A stretch of DNA of 60,720 bases, the filler included, from Nemertoderma westbladi (Eukaryota > Animalia > Xenacoelomorpha): assembly GCA_032718475.1 (NCBI GenBank). It is 2 parts of 2 records of this genome, joined end to end, with 100 filler letters (N's around TTAATTAATTAA, not from the genome) between each part and the next. Parts side by side here need not be neighbours in the genome. Positions count along the whole stretch, not along the records: positions 30,993 to 60,720 come from JAUCBJ010004833.1; 1 more part is not named here. One strand, 5' to 3'. The position numbers and the translations under genes are program-made. Numbering within the stretch: the stretch's first letter is position 1; every line of letters begins with the position of its first letter. This document shows, piece after piece, positions 59,710-60,720 of the stretch. The notes below the pieces were generated by a model. The model saw nothing but the letters and a program-made list of their open reading frames with translations. It was not told the DNA's origin and searched no databases.

Positions 59710-59997
59710 AAAGCTGTCCAAAGTTACTCGACTAAAATGACGACTAAAGGTTTATCAGTGTTGGTGTCACTTCGGCATTGGAGTTATCGTCTGGGAAACA
59801 CGTCGCCAGACGGTAAGTTGGCTGTTGTAGTGAAGGAAGGAGAGGAACAGATAGTGAAGAATTACGTGTGGGAAGCAATTAAAGAGAAGACCGCTACGGA
59901 TTCTAAGTTGCGGAATGCCTTGTCGGAAACTCTTAAACACCATCGAAGTGGTACAGCTGCGTATAACAGAATACGACACGAGATGAACTATCTCTAA
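59710..59997 (+). CDS. Coding exon 4: C-terminal part of muramidase domain, stop codon
   Basis: Acceptor CATTTAG|AAA in frame; SVLVSLRHW and YNRIRHEMNYL* resemble lysozyme C-terminal helices (RRxxExxxL). Confidence 0.75.
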   Translation, partial: KAVQSYSTKMTTKGLSVLVSLRHWSYRLGNTSPDGKLAVVVKEGEEQIVKNYVWEAIKEKTATDSKLRNALSETLKHHRSGTAAYNRIRHEMNYL

Positions 59998-60176
59998 CTT
60001 GTAACGTCGCAGACATTCTTAAAGTTGGTCAAACTGTTCATATACATTGTATGTGAAGTATCACCATGGTATGTGAGGTATATTACCCCAGGTATAAATA
60101 GTAGAACCTATAATATAACTAAACATGGAATAAGCTCTGCCATACTTCAGACCCCATAATAATGTAAACTATTTGT

Positions 60177-60182
60177 AATAAA
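60177..60182 (+). promoter_or_regulatory. Candidate polyadenylation signal
   Basis: AATAAA 180 nt after the stop codon, followed by GT/T-rich sequence. Confidence 0.4.
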
Positions 60183-60720
60183 CCCATTAGGGTGTTCGTT
60201 TTTTTTCATGCAACAAATCTGTTATCGTATATTATAATATTCAGAATGTAATATTTTTGCACTGTGCATTATATTACACTCTCATGTCCTAACAATAACA
60301 TTCATGTCCAATCTGTAACACTCGTGCCTAACTTGTAACACTTATAGTGTCCAACCTGTAAGTAATTTTAATGCATAACTCTAATTTTTTTTACCTCCAA
60401 TTGCATTGATAATATAGTTTAGTTATTATAGACCATTTTGAAGTAATAGGGTAGTCGCTAAATGGTGACTCATCTACTGTACAATAACTATTGTTGAGGA
60501 GAAATTATTTCTAATTGCGTAGTTTATGTGCAAATAAAAGTATAGTTTATTGTTGTTAAAGGTTGATAAGTGATTTAATTTTGAGTACATTTATTCGTAT
60601 TTGGAAATAGTTGTCCCCGGTAGTAATATATATTAGTTTTGAGGACCAAAATCCCTTCTCTTGACTGTTCGTAAATTTCTTGTGATTTATTTTATCGTTT
60701 AGCGAGCAATATATTTTGTC

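Noticed and set aside
44973-59997. Bacterial contamination as source of the TSP3/pesticin ORFs
   Set aside because: Phase-consistent spliceosomal introns filled with animal LINEs and MITEs, plus a furin site and polyA signal

Overview
Eukaryotic (animal-like, spliceosomal introns) repeat-rich scaffold region with an artificial 100-nt assembly gap at 30893-30992. Left half: a decayed gag-protease-only BEL/Pao-type LTR element carrying two nested MITEs, an Academ-like DNA transposon (TIRs, TTA TSD, XPG/PIN nuclease + Cys-rich ORF), a near-intact minus-strand BEL/Pao retrotransposon with a very long Gag N-terminus and a decayed accessory ORF after pol, and LINE relics. Right half: a 13-kb 37-bp satellite, then the only host gene I can support, a 4-coding-exon plus-strand gene (44973-46137, 55259-55498, 58978-59354, 59710-59997; about 689 aa, all GT-AG junctions phase-compatible). 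It encodes signal peptide - hydrophobic hairpin - RKRR furin site - bacterial-type TSP3 Ca-binding repeats - unknown beta-rich domain - pesticin-like (T4-lysozyme-fold) muramidase. This candidate horizontally acquired, secreted antibacterial enzyme is the most interesting item. Its introns are filled by a 30-bp minisatellite, RTE LINEs and a hAT-like MITE. All family assignments are from motif recognition by eye, not database searches.
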